A stretch of DNA of 63,576 nt, filler included, from Atractiella rhizophila (lineage: Eukaryota), in NCBI GenBank assembly GCA_021432655.1. It is 8 parts of 8 records of this genome, joined end to end, with 100 filler letters (N's around TTAATTAATTAA, not from the genome) between each part and the next. Parts side by side here need not be neighbours in the genome. Positions count along the whole stretch, not along the records: positions 31,973 to 39,810 come from MU272191.1; positions 39,911 to 47,742 come from MU272192.1; positions 47,843 to 55,664 come from MU272193.1; 5 more parts are not named here. One strand, 5' to 3'. Below, one piece after another: positions 38,635 to 49,905 of the stretch. The position numbers and the translations under genes were made by a program. Within the stretch, counting starts at the first letter, position 1. Every line of letters starts with the position of its first letter. Below the pieces are notes generated by a model. The model made no database searches and was not told where the DNA came from. It saw nothing but the letters and a program-made list of their open reading frames with translations.

Positions 38635-39810
38635 ATGTGGATCGTAACATTCCCCCTTTACCTCCTACTCTCCCTATCCCGCATTCTCTCCTCGATAGTC
38701 TTCAAGATCCTCCACTACTCTTTCACCTTCACCTACCGTCTCACATTCCCACGACTCCTGTTACTGTTCATCATCCTCGTCACCGTGGGCACCTATTGGT
38801 TCAAGATCAAGTACCTCAACAAGTATACGGAGCTCAAAGAGAAGCCTTTAGAGAAGGGAGAGGGGTTTGATTTACACCCTGATGCGGTTGGAGGAGAGGA
38901 ATGGAGGGGTGGCGTGGAGGGATTAAGGGGCTATTTGGATGAGTTTCGTGAGTTTTCGTCACTTTGTTGCTTTGGAGGGAACAGGTGTGAGACGAAGGTT
39001 ACCTGTCCGAACAAGATGTGCAGTAGCCGCAGGATGGCGAGAGCACAACTTATGTTACCATGAAGCAGCAGGTGCTAAGGCTCTATTCACAACCTCCATC
39101 AGCGTTGCCTTGTTTAGCGTGCAATCAGCGGAAGCTGTAATGTAACGGTCCTATTCTGTTGCCCAGATAATGCTAGCTTGCCCTGCGTTAAGTTGGAAAG
39201 AATGAGCTTTCAGCCAGGAGCAATGTCTGGTATCTAACACATGCCGACAATGCGTCGAGTGCTCAGATTGGCTCATTACGTGGGAAATGAGGGAACTAGA
39301 AGCAAAAGAAATGATTCTGGTCTCTGAAACTTGTCTTTTCTACCTCGTCGACGTCGATGAGTGGCCCTTCACTATTGTGGTTTGTTTAGAAGCCCTCGTG
39401 TGTTGTCCTGCGTGTGTTTCGTCAATAATTCGCCGTTTGGTTTCTTGCCTTGTGCTCCGAATGACGACCGTGTCTCAACCTGGATTTCTTCATAACTGAA
39501 AGACGGTGCTGTCTTCCACGCTATTGTTTCAGAAGGTGACAACAATGTTTTCAGAAACCTTTCCCAGGAGTGGCTAGATGGCTTTCACCTCACACGAGGA
39601 TACTTCGACCATTTCTCTTCATTTTACCCATCTTCTGTTTTGCTGACCGTTATCTGTGTTACAGTATCAGCAATCCGTGTCTTCGGTTACCTAGAGAAAC
39701 CAGTAAACACCTGCTTTGCATTTGAGCTATAGCTGAACTCTTTGCAGGTGTTTCACGAGCTGGCACGTCATCTTCAAACACGTCGGCTTGTTGCTGGCGA
39801 TACGCTCTCG
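38635..39810 (+). CDS. NTE1: Lysophospholipase / neuropathy target esterase, N-terminal part, 3'-truncated
   Basis: TM N-terminus, then KYLNKYTELKEKPL...DLHPD...YLDEF|LSAIRVFGYLEKP|VFHELARHLQTRRLVAGDTLS after removing a 717-nt intron (38948-39664) and a short one. Confidence 0.9.
39065..39242 (+). ncRNA. Candidate intronic box H/ACA-like RNA
   Basis: Stem GCAGCAG (39065-71) / CTGTTGC (39156-62), H-box match AGATAA (39165-70), second hairpin TGCTAG...CTGGTA (39171-39232), and ACA at 39237-39. Pairing done by eye; no target identified. Confidence 0.35.
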
Positions 39811-39910
39811 NNNNNNNNNNNNNNNNNNNNNNNNNNNNNNNNNNNNNNNNNNNNTTAATTAATTAANNNNNNNNNNNNNNNNNNNNNNNNNNNNNNNNNN
39901 NNNNNNNNNN

Positions 39911-42900
39911 ATTGTTACGCAAGGCAGACTGCTTGACATATCCGTGGAATTGAGGATTGGCAAACGCTACAACCTGCTCATTCGCAGCGAGGCTCCGATG
40001 GAACATCATCAAACTAGATTCATTCTGCTACAAAGAAGCAAAGCTTACGGCCGGCTCAGCCGCCGTACGATTTAGTTGAGTTTTGAGCAGAGCTGCTAGA
40101 ATCCGTATTTTGAGGCTGCCATAGGTGCCTGCTCAAGGAAAGAAACAAAAAGAGAATCCACAGGGCATATAACGTCCTATTCACTACAGTTCCTATGGTC
40201 CCAATGTGTCGCTGTGCTTGGCTTTACATTGTCAAATCCATAACAGGGGTATTAATTGTAGAATTATAACATAAAATGTCTTGCTTGTCCATATCCTTTA
40301 GTCTTCCCTCCGTGCACTATCCAATATTTCTCAGCCCTTCTACTCACTGTATCGTCCCACTCTCCTTTCTATTCAACCCATCTTGGGCAGACACATCACT
40401 TGGCCACAGGTGCTGGATTCACACTGTTCTGTAGTCGATCATGTCTGCATCCCCAGCAATCAGTTCCATTTCCTCCATTTGATCTACTCCACAAAGCTCG
40501 AGATCCAAATCATATTCAGGAACTTTGGCTGGCTCGTTGAGGAGTGACGGGTCAATGAAGCATAAATGCTGCTGTAAGCTGCAGGAGTGAATTGAACTTT
40601 TGCTGCAGCTTCCTTTGCTTTCGAGAGCTCCTTTCAGTGCCCAACACCTTGTAGAACCTTATCTCCTGGCTGAACTCATGCCACACCTGCCCCCGCCCAT
40701 GTCAGTGCATTACCAGACAGAGTGTAATATTAAGAGACGGAGTATGCAAGACACACTGCAGTTCCCACCAAAGTCAAAGTTGATGGCGGAAGATAATTGT
40801 TAAAAGTTCATACAATTAGCAATGGTATCAGACCAAGTGGGAGGATTGAAGATGGCTTTGTGGATCATTTCAATGAAAGACAGGGGAAAGGAATGGCTCA
40901 GAAAGCTGGGAAGGAATTCTGTTAGCACCAGTCATTAATACTGCCCAAAGATAGTAGTACCTTGTCTGGTGTGACGTTGGGATAGGTCTCTAACTCTGCA
41001 TCACCATGATGGAACCATGACCTCACCACTCAAAAATAACATCATCAGCCACAGCATCATTGTTGGAACCAGCAGGAATTTCCACAAATCACGAGTATGC
41101 TGTTTGGTGATGGATCTTCAAGAAGAATGGTCAGCTGCATCTGCTTCTGCAACTCTTTGAGAATGTGTTGGGATTGTCATTCTGAGAACTATAGTTAGAT
41201 GAGAAAGGGAGGTAGACAGACAGACCATTCATCTGCATGCATGGCTTCCTTTCTTCCTCTTCTTATCATCTTCACATGAACTGCCCTCCGAACTTTGCCT
41301 TCTTTTTCTCATTGCAGAAGTAGCATGTTTATATGCAGTCGGAATAGATGGTGTACACGGCAAGCTGGAATTTGGAGCTGAGACAGCTCTCTTCACATTG
41401 TGCACTGGAGTGACAGAAGAGCATGAAGGTGACTGGGGAGTCGGTCCACTGATCTTCCTGAGTTCAGAGTGCCATCCATGTTATAAACTAGATACACTTT
41501 CAACATTGTAGGGTTGAAGATTTGTTGTTTTGATGAATCAAGGGGAGGAACGAGCTTGTAGCTCCATAATCGAATAAAGCAGTAGCTGAGAAAGTTTGTC
41601 ATCAAACAATGTTCTAGACGAAGTAAAATGCATCATTATAATAGTTGAGCACAAGGTGCATGTGAAGTTGATTATGACCAACAATACTAAATTTTGCAAA
41701 TGACTGTCAGAGATCGTAACCATCTGGAGATCAACTAAGTCATAATTATTGTTTAGTGTGTTTTTCAGAGGTTAATACTGCAAGATGAATCACGTGGCAC
41801 CATCCAAGATTCAGCTGTGCAATCTGGTTCACAATTTCAGGACATAATAGATTGTTTGCCTAATACAGTACTGGCCAGAGCCGAATGAAAAAGACAAAAG
41901 GTGATTAACGATGACGATAGCGGTATGATTCTGGAAAAGTGTGAAATTCATAGGGAAGATAAATTCAGTCAGGAGGAAAAGTCTAGAAACTTCCACACTT
42001 ATGATGCGTTTGACCCTGGCTGACATCTCAAATTTGAGGCTGGACTTGCCAAGGAAAATAAAGTGGTTTTTTCACATCATCCTACGTAGAAGAGCCCTAC
42101 AACACTAACCACAAAGCAATAACTTATTGTTGATATAACGGATGAACTCATGGAACTGCTCAAGACAATGATCTTGAGCTTTTCAGTGTCAACATGATCC
42201 TGAAGAACTCCTTCTCTTCAAAGCAGATGAGGCGAAGGTCATGCGTTATGTTGAGAAGTCGGACGAATAATATGTTCCCGAAATTGCTAGCATTTCCATT
42301 GAGGATTGATTGTATGTGGGGCATCATCCTTACAGAAGCATGACTAGCACCTCAAGTTAATGATTTCCAACATAAGTAGTGTGAAGTGATAGGAGAGAGA
42401 GAAGGAGATGAGAGGAACACAGTAGAGGAGATATCTGAAACCCAAAAATCATCCGCAAGTAAGGATGCATAGAAGCAGGCGGAGCTCAAGAGCACGAGGA
42501 AAAATCAGGACCAGTGGTTTGTCAGATGCAAGAACAAAAGCTGGGAAATCAAGGATGGACAAGATCTTCCAATGCTGACTGAAGAACTTGTAAGATCTCA
42601 TGAGGTAATCATGAAAATGTGGAAAGCATAGTGTGCAATTTGAAACAGAGAAACAGACTGCAGCCAACACACCATCTCCTAACAGCCTTAATATCATTTT
42701 TCTTTCTCTTTCTTCTTGGAATTCAGTTAATGTCAAACGATCCTTAACTCTCCTGTGGCTGTCCAATTCAATTGGAAAGCAAAGGAAAACACTGCACTTT
42801 GCCAGGTCGCCATTCTCTCGTTCCTGACTACACTTTATCAATTCACTCTTCGCAACACTTTTTATTCCCTATTCAATCAGTGGTTATAAACCTATCCCTG

Positions 42901-44150
42901 AATCTATTGTATTTTTCACTTAAACGCCTCCATTGAAAAGCCTGCCAATGTATCTTTACATCACCGTTAACTCAGATATACAAGAAACCTTTGGAGGTTG
43001 TGTGTCCGATCAGAACTCGCAGGGATATTATTCACTCTTTCAGGCTGCACACTCTTTACAACCTGTTTTCTTACCGATTTCTCTTTAATAGAAAACTTGT
43101 GATCGTTTAATTTTGAGGTTACACAGCGTTGCATAACAGTTCCGACATTCAAGCATCAGGCAGATGGCAAATATCCAAGAATTTCATAGTAAAGTATTCA
43201 AATTTAATACCCTTATGGACCTGCAATTGACAGCTTAGAAACCACATTCACTACCTGCTAAGGTTATAGCACTGATATTCCTAGAAATATACATAGAGGC
43301 TGCCTGTAATCCACTCCCTAGGATAGCCTTATAGAGTGTTAGACCTAACAGTAGAACCAATCTGCCTTTTCCAACCACCATTCTCCTCCATCCTTTCACT
43401 CTCATCAATACCGTGCAGACCAATCATTTGATATTAAAACCACTTCCTCAGAACAGCTGCAGGGTTACATCAATCAACTCTTAGCTAAAGGAATATGCTC
43501 CAAAACAAGGTTGCTAGACTGAAGGAAGATATGGAGGTCCTTAAGATGGAATATGAAAGCAAAAGAGTTGATTCTCATGTCAATCTTGGTTTAGCTGCAG
43601 CATGGGGAAAGAGATCACAGGGATTGAAGAATTGAAGAATCATTTTTAGAAGTGACACCCTTTGCTCCAGCACTCCTATCGTGTTCTATCATGCTAGCCC
43701 AAGAGTCAAACCCAACAAGCTCAAACCTTTTGGTGGAACTTGTACTAACACTGACCATTTCCTTAGTCAATTATATCTACTTCAAGGCTCTTCAATCAGA
43801 TTTCCAATGGATCGATCAAACATTCTCTTTGCCCCACATGGTAATCAGTTTGGTGTAAAGAGATGTAAAATTACAAATGGCATCCTACTCTACATGAGCA
43901 AGACATCGGGCCATAGGACAAAGAAGAAAGAACAAGAGAGGACAGATCCAAGTTAGGCAGGAACAGAAAACTCTTAATCGGGAAAATGGAACATTACGAC
44001 ATTAGAACCAAGTTTAAGGAGAGTATGGAAACATCAACAACCCACCATCATATCAGATAGAAAAGGAATTCAGGACCAACCCGTTCTATCGTACAACCTG
44101 AGGTCCTTTCACCTTGAGGAGGACGGTAACGCGAAACATAACTTGTCGCT
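39911..44150. mobile_element. Decayed transposon/pseudogene mosaic including a Ty3/Gypsy-like protease relic (~41445-41550, minus strand)
   Basis: No intact gene; visibly few CG and many TG/CA dinucleotides. The fragment LDSS...VYNMDGTLNSG resembles the LDSG...VYNVDGTxN motif of fungal Gypsy aspartic proteases. Confidence 0.45.
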
Positions 44151-44232
44151 CGCACTGCTCCCTTCCTCTTCAATGTCCCCCTCTCAACTCGTGCCTGTGT
44201 GTACTCTTTGTATGATTCATGTTATATGAACT

Positions 44233-45156
44233 TCACGTCGGACGGCGGACCGGTCTCAAGATCGTCTCCTCCTCACCGTCTCCTTCACTTTCCTTGCCCG
44301 AATTCTCAGAGAGCGTCGATTTGTGGAGGATGAGCTTCACGCCTTGTCTGGCGAGTGCCTGTCCAGTTAAAAAACACTACCAAGTCAGTGATCGGCTTCC
44401 AAAAAGCAATGGAGGAAAGGAGGGTAGGTACCTTGGTCAACGGAGTGCTGGTCTGCATGCCTGGGAAGGATTTGGGAGAGTAGACGTGGAATGGGCGAGA
44501 GAACTCTCTTGCGAGAGGAGGAGAGACACGTGAATCCATCTTTGAGTCGAGGTCAAGAACCGTAAAGCGGAGGGTAAAGGTGCCTTCCGTTCTCACAGCG
44601 AGATCATTGCTGCGGTCACATATCCATAGATAAGCTTACTATCATGAAGAAAAGCAGCGGAGAGACGCACAATACGAAAAGAACGCTAGCGTTACCCCAC
44701 TGATCCTTCAACCTCCTGCCTGGGACGGTGAGAGTGCCAAGTAAGTTCCTAACGACCTTCCTCTCCCTCCAAACATGATTCCTCTGTTCCCTTTCTTGTC
44801 CCTCTTCCGCCTGCCACAACTCAGTGTGACATACCATCGTGTCGCTCTCAAAGGCGGAGTCCCTGACGAGGATTCCATTCTCGTCCCTCACTTTCAAACG
44901 CACGACGGGTGGCGGATCGAGACTGCGACGATCTGTCGACCCGAATCCCGTCATTCGCGACCGCGATGGGTGCTGAAGAACATCTAGTTGGAAGCTGAAC
45001 GACAATGATATACTTGTCTTCAGTAAGGACCTTGGGTCGATGCTCACCAGCCAGAAGGAACACCTACGTGCGTCCCATACCAGCAAACTGACCAGTCTTG
45101 AAGTGGATGGTTGGCCCGTATGCTGAGGGGGTGGAGAGTGGCAGCATCCAATCCAT
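44233..45156 (-). CDS. Small stand-alone velvet-domain protein
   Basis: LDVLQHPSRSRMTGFGSTDRRSLDPPPVVRL, RNLLGTL, DLAVRTEGTFTLRF and SRPFHVYSPKSFPGMQTSTPLTK|ALARQGVK. ATG 45156, three introns, TGA at 44233. Confidence 0.9.
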
Positions 45157-47417
45157 GTGAGCTCGAAAATGCCAGAAAAAGTTATCTTGACGTATGTATT
45201 TGAATCATTAAATTTGAAATTCTACTATAATTGACTGAATTCCTTGCGAATTACACTGCGAACAGCTGCAATTACTTAAGAACTGTTGACGTTTTTGAAG
45301 TTAGGATAAGGATCCTGGCGGGATTTCAATTTGTTAGGTCCACGTATCCTGGATCCAAGTTAAACTCAGAGCTTAACGTTGTCCATTTATAATTACTGCT
45401 CTGCTGAAGAAGCCGTTCGACGAGTCGTTGCCGAGGCCCTTGTCATCGGCGAATAGCAGGACAAGCAAGGTCCACGCATGCATGCTGATGGTAGTCGAGC
45501 TATTGTGAGAAAGTTCCACTGTACCTTATTGTCTCGAAGATGAAGGGATCAGGTGGGATGAGGGAAAGCAGCGGGAGGGCAGGCTGGAGCATGTTGAAGG
45601 CAGTTCTTTGAGGCACCCTTTCAAGGCAGTTCGCTTTTTGCAAGCGCCCCCGACCGAGACATCTCAAATTTAGGGGGCATTGGGAGCGTGGTATTCCTAT
45701 GCAACTCAGTCGGCAAGTCCAGTTCCATGGCCCTGTGAACCCGCTGCTGAGGGAGTTAGCGCTGCTTCGTAAACTGCGAACATCCTGTTTACATCCTGTT
45801 TAAGGACGCATCCGGCCGGCATCTTCTATTATCCCAGGCAAGGAATTCATTCCAATAAACGCCAGTTTGAACTTGACAATGGAAGATGAAAGAGCAAAGC
45901 GCTGGTGCGCAAGGCCCGATGCAATAGCAATAACTGAATATGGGGACACTGCTGAGCTTGCCTGAATGACCGCAACCGAAACCCTTACCTGAACAGGCGA
46001 CGCACCTCAGATGCCAAGTGGCTGTCCTTTGACCTTTCCTTCCTATTTCTCCATTGCTCCTCCGTCTATCTTCAACCTTGTAACCCTTCATAAGCATGTC
46101 TGCAGGCAGGTCCTCTGTAGTCGAATCTTGTTGCTGACTGATGGACGCTCGCATAATGAATGATACGGGAAGTCGATGTGTCTCATACGTTGGCTAAAGA
46201 CGGAGCTGTTTGAAATTGATTGGACGAAGGCTGTCGCGTAAAATGGTGATTGGAGCGTTGACAGAGAATCCCAGGTAGTGAAGGAGGTTGCAGGGCACGC
46301 TGCTTTTCGACCATCAAATTGTGTTAGGAAGAGGATCATCAATAACGGATCAAAGAAACCCACTAACCACTAACCTAACCTGGTTCAACCCAACCCATCC
46401 ATGACCATGATATGTCTGTTTGATTCAACCCGAGCTACTATGTTGGATCAGATATCTGGAACTGCGACAACCTTCTTTTACTGCAGGGGCGTCTTACTGC
46501 ATAAACGCCATAAATGCAAGTGCAAGGATCCCGATTACTTACTTCGTGACCTCGCGCTTGCTGGTAATGTAGTTCTTCTTGTATCCCAAACATATTATGC
46601 TTCCTAACTTCACGTCTTCATTGTCCCACCAAAAAACCTAATGCGATTGGGCTCAGAACGAAACTTTGGCAGAACGACGAGCTATTATGCCTTTTTGCTT
46701 CCGTAAACTCTAAGCTTTCCATCCCTGAGTCGACCAAGCTGGAGTCTGAAGTTTTATGTTGATCAATTACATCAAAGAAACAGAACTTAACTTCTGGTCA
46801 CTGAAACACGCAATATGACATTCACACAAAAGGGTGGAGGTGGCCGCATTCATAAATCCTCCATCAAGCACATTCAGCGTTGCTGTTGGTTCTGCTAAAA
46901 TCATGCTCCACATCCTGGGCTGCCCCTAGAATGACGCTCTACTTAGTCCATCCAGTCCACGTGCCAGAAGAATCATACTTACGTTCAGCCTGATTTCCAA
47001 GGGAATACCCACCGGCCATATTTCTTGGCAGGATGGCTGATTAGGTCGGGCTCCGACAATTAGGATAACAATGCTATGTCGGGTCAAAAAAAATTTAGAC
47101 AGACGATAGAAATTCGCTTACCCGTATACGTTTCTGGAAAAGAGAGCAAGAGAACGAGTTCAAGAAGATGAAGGGAAGCGATGGCAATGTTTGTCAAGGT
47201 GGAAAAGTATATTAACTGTGGAGAGTGTGAGCATCATGTCAGTTTCCCAGAGTAGAAAGATGAACATGAAAGATGGTCATATTGTTGGTCTGGCAGATCC
47301 CCCAACTCAATGCAGATCATAGAGAAGAGAGAGGAGGAGGCTTACAGACAAATTGCTGTCACCTCTCACCAAGCAGTGCTTCCTGAGAGCAAGAACAAAG
47401 AAAAAGCACAGAATACA

Positions 47418-47742
47418 GTCCAGTAAAGCCCTGTGGAAAGTCCAGGCCGGTTTTTTGAAGGATTACCAGTTCTGGTTTTTTACCACAGTCCACTCCGGTG
47501 AAGTTGCAAGAATACCAGGTGGCAATCCAGGGTAATTCAAAAGGGAGGACTGGTAAATTACCAGAGAGAGTGGAGCGGGGATGAAAGGACCACACCTCGG
47601 TTTCCAGTGCTCCAGACTGGTTATTTACTTGTGTCCAGACTGGACTCCAACAGGTAAATAACCAATTATTTTACCATCTCACCCAGTTTCTGTTCGATAT
47701 TCTCACAGGGACTCCTTATTTGATTACCGGGCACGGTATTCT
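47418..47742. repeat. Cluster of short CCGG/CCAG/CTGG and GGTAA/TTACC motifs; possible subterminal region of a DNA transposon
   Basis: Dense motifs in both orientations, palindrome CTGGTAAATTACCAG, GGTTATTTAC...GTAAATAACC inverted pair, and TCCAGACTGG twice. The scaffold ends inside the cluster. Confidence 0.4.
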
Positions 47743-49905
47743 NNNNNNNNNNNNNNNNNNNNNNNNNNNNNNNNNNNNNNNNNNNNTTAATTAATTAANN
47801 NNNNNNNNNNNNNNNNNNNNNNNNNNNNNNNNNNNNNNNNNNTCGGACAAATGAAGCTTCACTCCTGGAAACAGTCAAGCCACAAGAATGTCATCATTTG
47901 TTTAAGTCACCAAAGAGCGCCGCATTAAGTTCCCTCATATGTAAAAGGGTGCTTCTTCAAAGACACTTATCTTTGACTGCTTCCAAAGCTGGGAGAAATA
48001 AACTGCTTTCATGTTGGCAAGAGCATTTAATCACATCAATCATCAATCGATTGAGCTCGTACAAAATGCTCCAAAAGTGTGGCGAAATGGTGTTGTAGTG
48101 ACTCAGCTTCATGCTCAGTTGCAAATCTAGAGCCAACTAAAGGCTCAATTGCCTACGAAATGTAAGAGTGTTCACGCGAAAGGCTCCATTTAGGCGAAGC
48201 AGCCGTTTCATGAAGCTAAACAATGGAATAAATGCGACTAGCGAGCTGCCATATCTTGCGTGTCGCCTGTCATGCATTGAACAGAGAACTACTTCGATGA
48301 AGTCGGGAAGTCGTGCATCAAACTAATGTGCAAGATATTCTATTCGGCATTTGGGGGGAAGGTCATATCCGAGACAACGTAGGTGGATGGGTTTTCAGGC
48401 ACCTGAGAACATTCCAAGAGCACAGACGAAGTTAAGTCGACTCGTCTCTCTGATATTAAGCGAGAGTACAGTTCATGTGGACGGTCATCTTATTCAACGA
48501 GGTTTCGTTCGACAATGACTATTCAAATGACCAAAGCAATTGGCAAAATGGTTGCTGTGACTTGAAGATATATTCGCCAACAAAAAGCCACTTGCACTTC
48601 TTCCACCAGAGCTGGAAGAACGTACCTCTCTTCGCCTTGGCTGTAGACCTCGAAGTCGGTTGTTCCCTCGCTCGTTTCCTGAACTCCTCCTCTCCCTCCA
48701 GCCCCAAGCCTGGCCAACTCCTAGGTCTTTTCATCGTACTAACTTGTCCAAAAGCAAGAGAGCGTTGGTTACTTCCCCTTCTCGTCACGTTTCCGTTGCT
48801 CAGCTCAGAGGACAATCCTAACCCTACTTCTCGAACATTGGTTCAAGTTGGTTCAAGCAAGAAAAATAGCCATGACTGCACGTCGTTTCGAGCACCTTCT
48901 GTCTACGTTGCACGACATTCTGTCAGTTCCGAAGGACGAGAATGTGCAGGAATTGGCAAGAATTTTGAGTGCAAACAGGGGGAGTTGGATTGGGTTGGGC
49001 GAGTGGGAGGGCAAAAAGGAGAATGAGAGAAAAGAATTGGAGAGAGGTACGTTCGCGTCTCTCGTTTGCGACGCAGGTGATGGGTTCAGTGTGTATTGTC
49101 AAAATATGAGGTAGCGGCGCGTTGCCCTAATACGTGCTTTGCTAGCCTGTTTGGAGTAAACGGTGGAAGAAGTAATCTAATGAGACCAACCCAAGCGTAT
49201 CTGCTCTCAGCCGGGGAGGGTTCAAGGCACATTCTGACTTTACCGCAGTACGGCTTGCTACCTTATCTCTGTTCACTGAAATCGGATTGGTTGAGGAATA
49301 GCTAGTGGGCAATGGTTTGTCCTTTGTGCCACAGTTGGTACTTTAACTCCTCGATTTCTGGGAGCGCACAAAGAGAGTTGAGCCCAAAGCTGCCACCAAA
49401 TCCTTTCAATTTATGCAGAGAAACAACCTTATCATGTTGCACGCTTTCCCTGATGCATGCGCCGACAAGTACGACGCGATTTGTGCTTCTTGGAAGAAGT
49501 TTCCTTGATTGACATTTGGACATTTCGTTTGTTTTTACGTGTCTCCTCCATCGAACAGATTGAGATCCAGCTATTCATTCTGCGTGGCAAGATGCATCGA
49601 AGCGTCATTCTGAGTCTGGCTATGGGGGTGAAATGAGTTTCAGCATGCTGGATCACTCTCCGCTGCCTCCCTCGTGTTTACCACATCCATTGTTCTCTGT
49701 CATAAAAGCTTTTATTGTATGACGGTTAGACTTTGAAAATACCTAATGACCCAATAGTCTAACTTCAAACAATTAAAGCTTTTGAGGTAGTTGCTGCTGG
49801 CGATGGTAGAAGCAAGTGAATTATTGAATAACTTGGGCATACAAAAGCACATTCGCTTTTCTCGCTAGTTACATTTTTCTTCGATGCAAAACATGCAATT
49901 AGCAG

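Noticed and set aside
39059..39185. TPP riboswitch-like fragments (CATGA..GGTGC, GCTG..ACGG, AGATAATGCTAGC) in the NTE1 intron
   Set aside because: The essential CTGAGA, TGAT and GCG ligand-binding segments are missing, and the host gene has no thiamine link.
48475..49026. 183-aa plus-strand ORF and overlapping minus-strand ORFs
   Set aside because: No recognisable motifs and no consistent exon model; a small real gene cannot be excluded.
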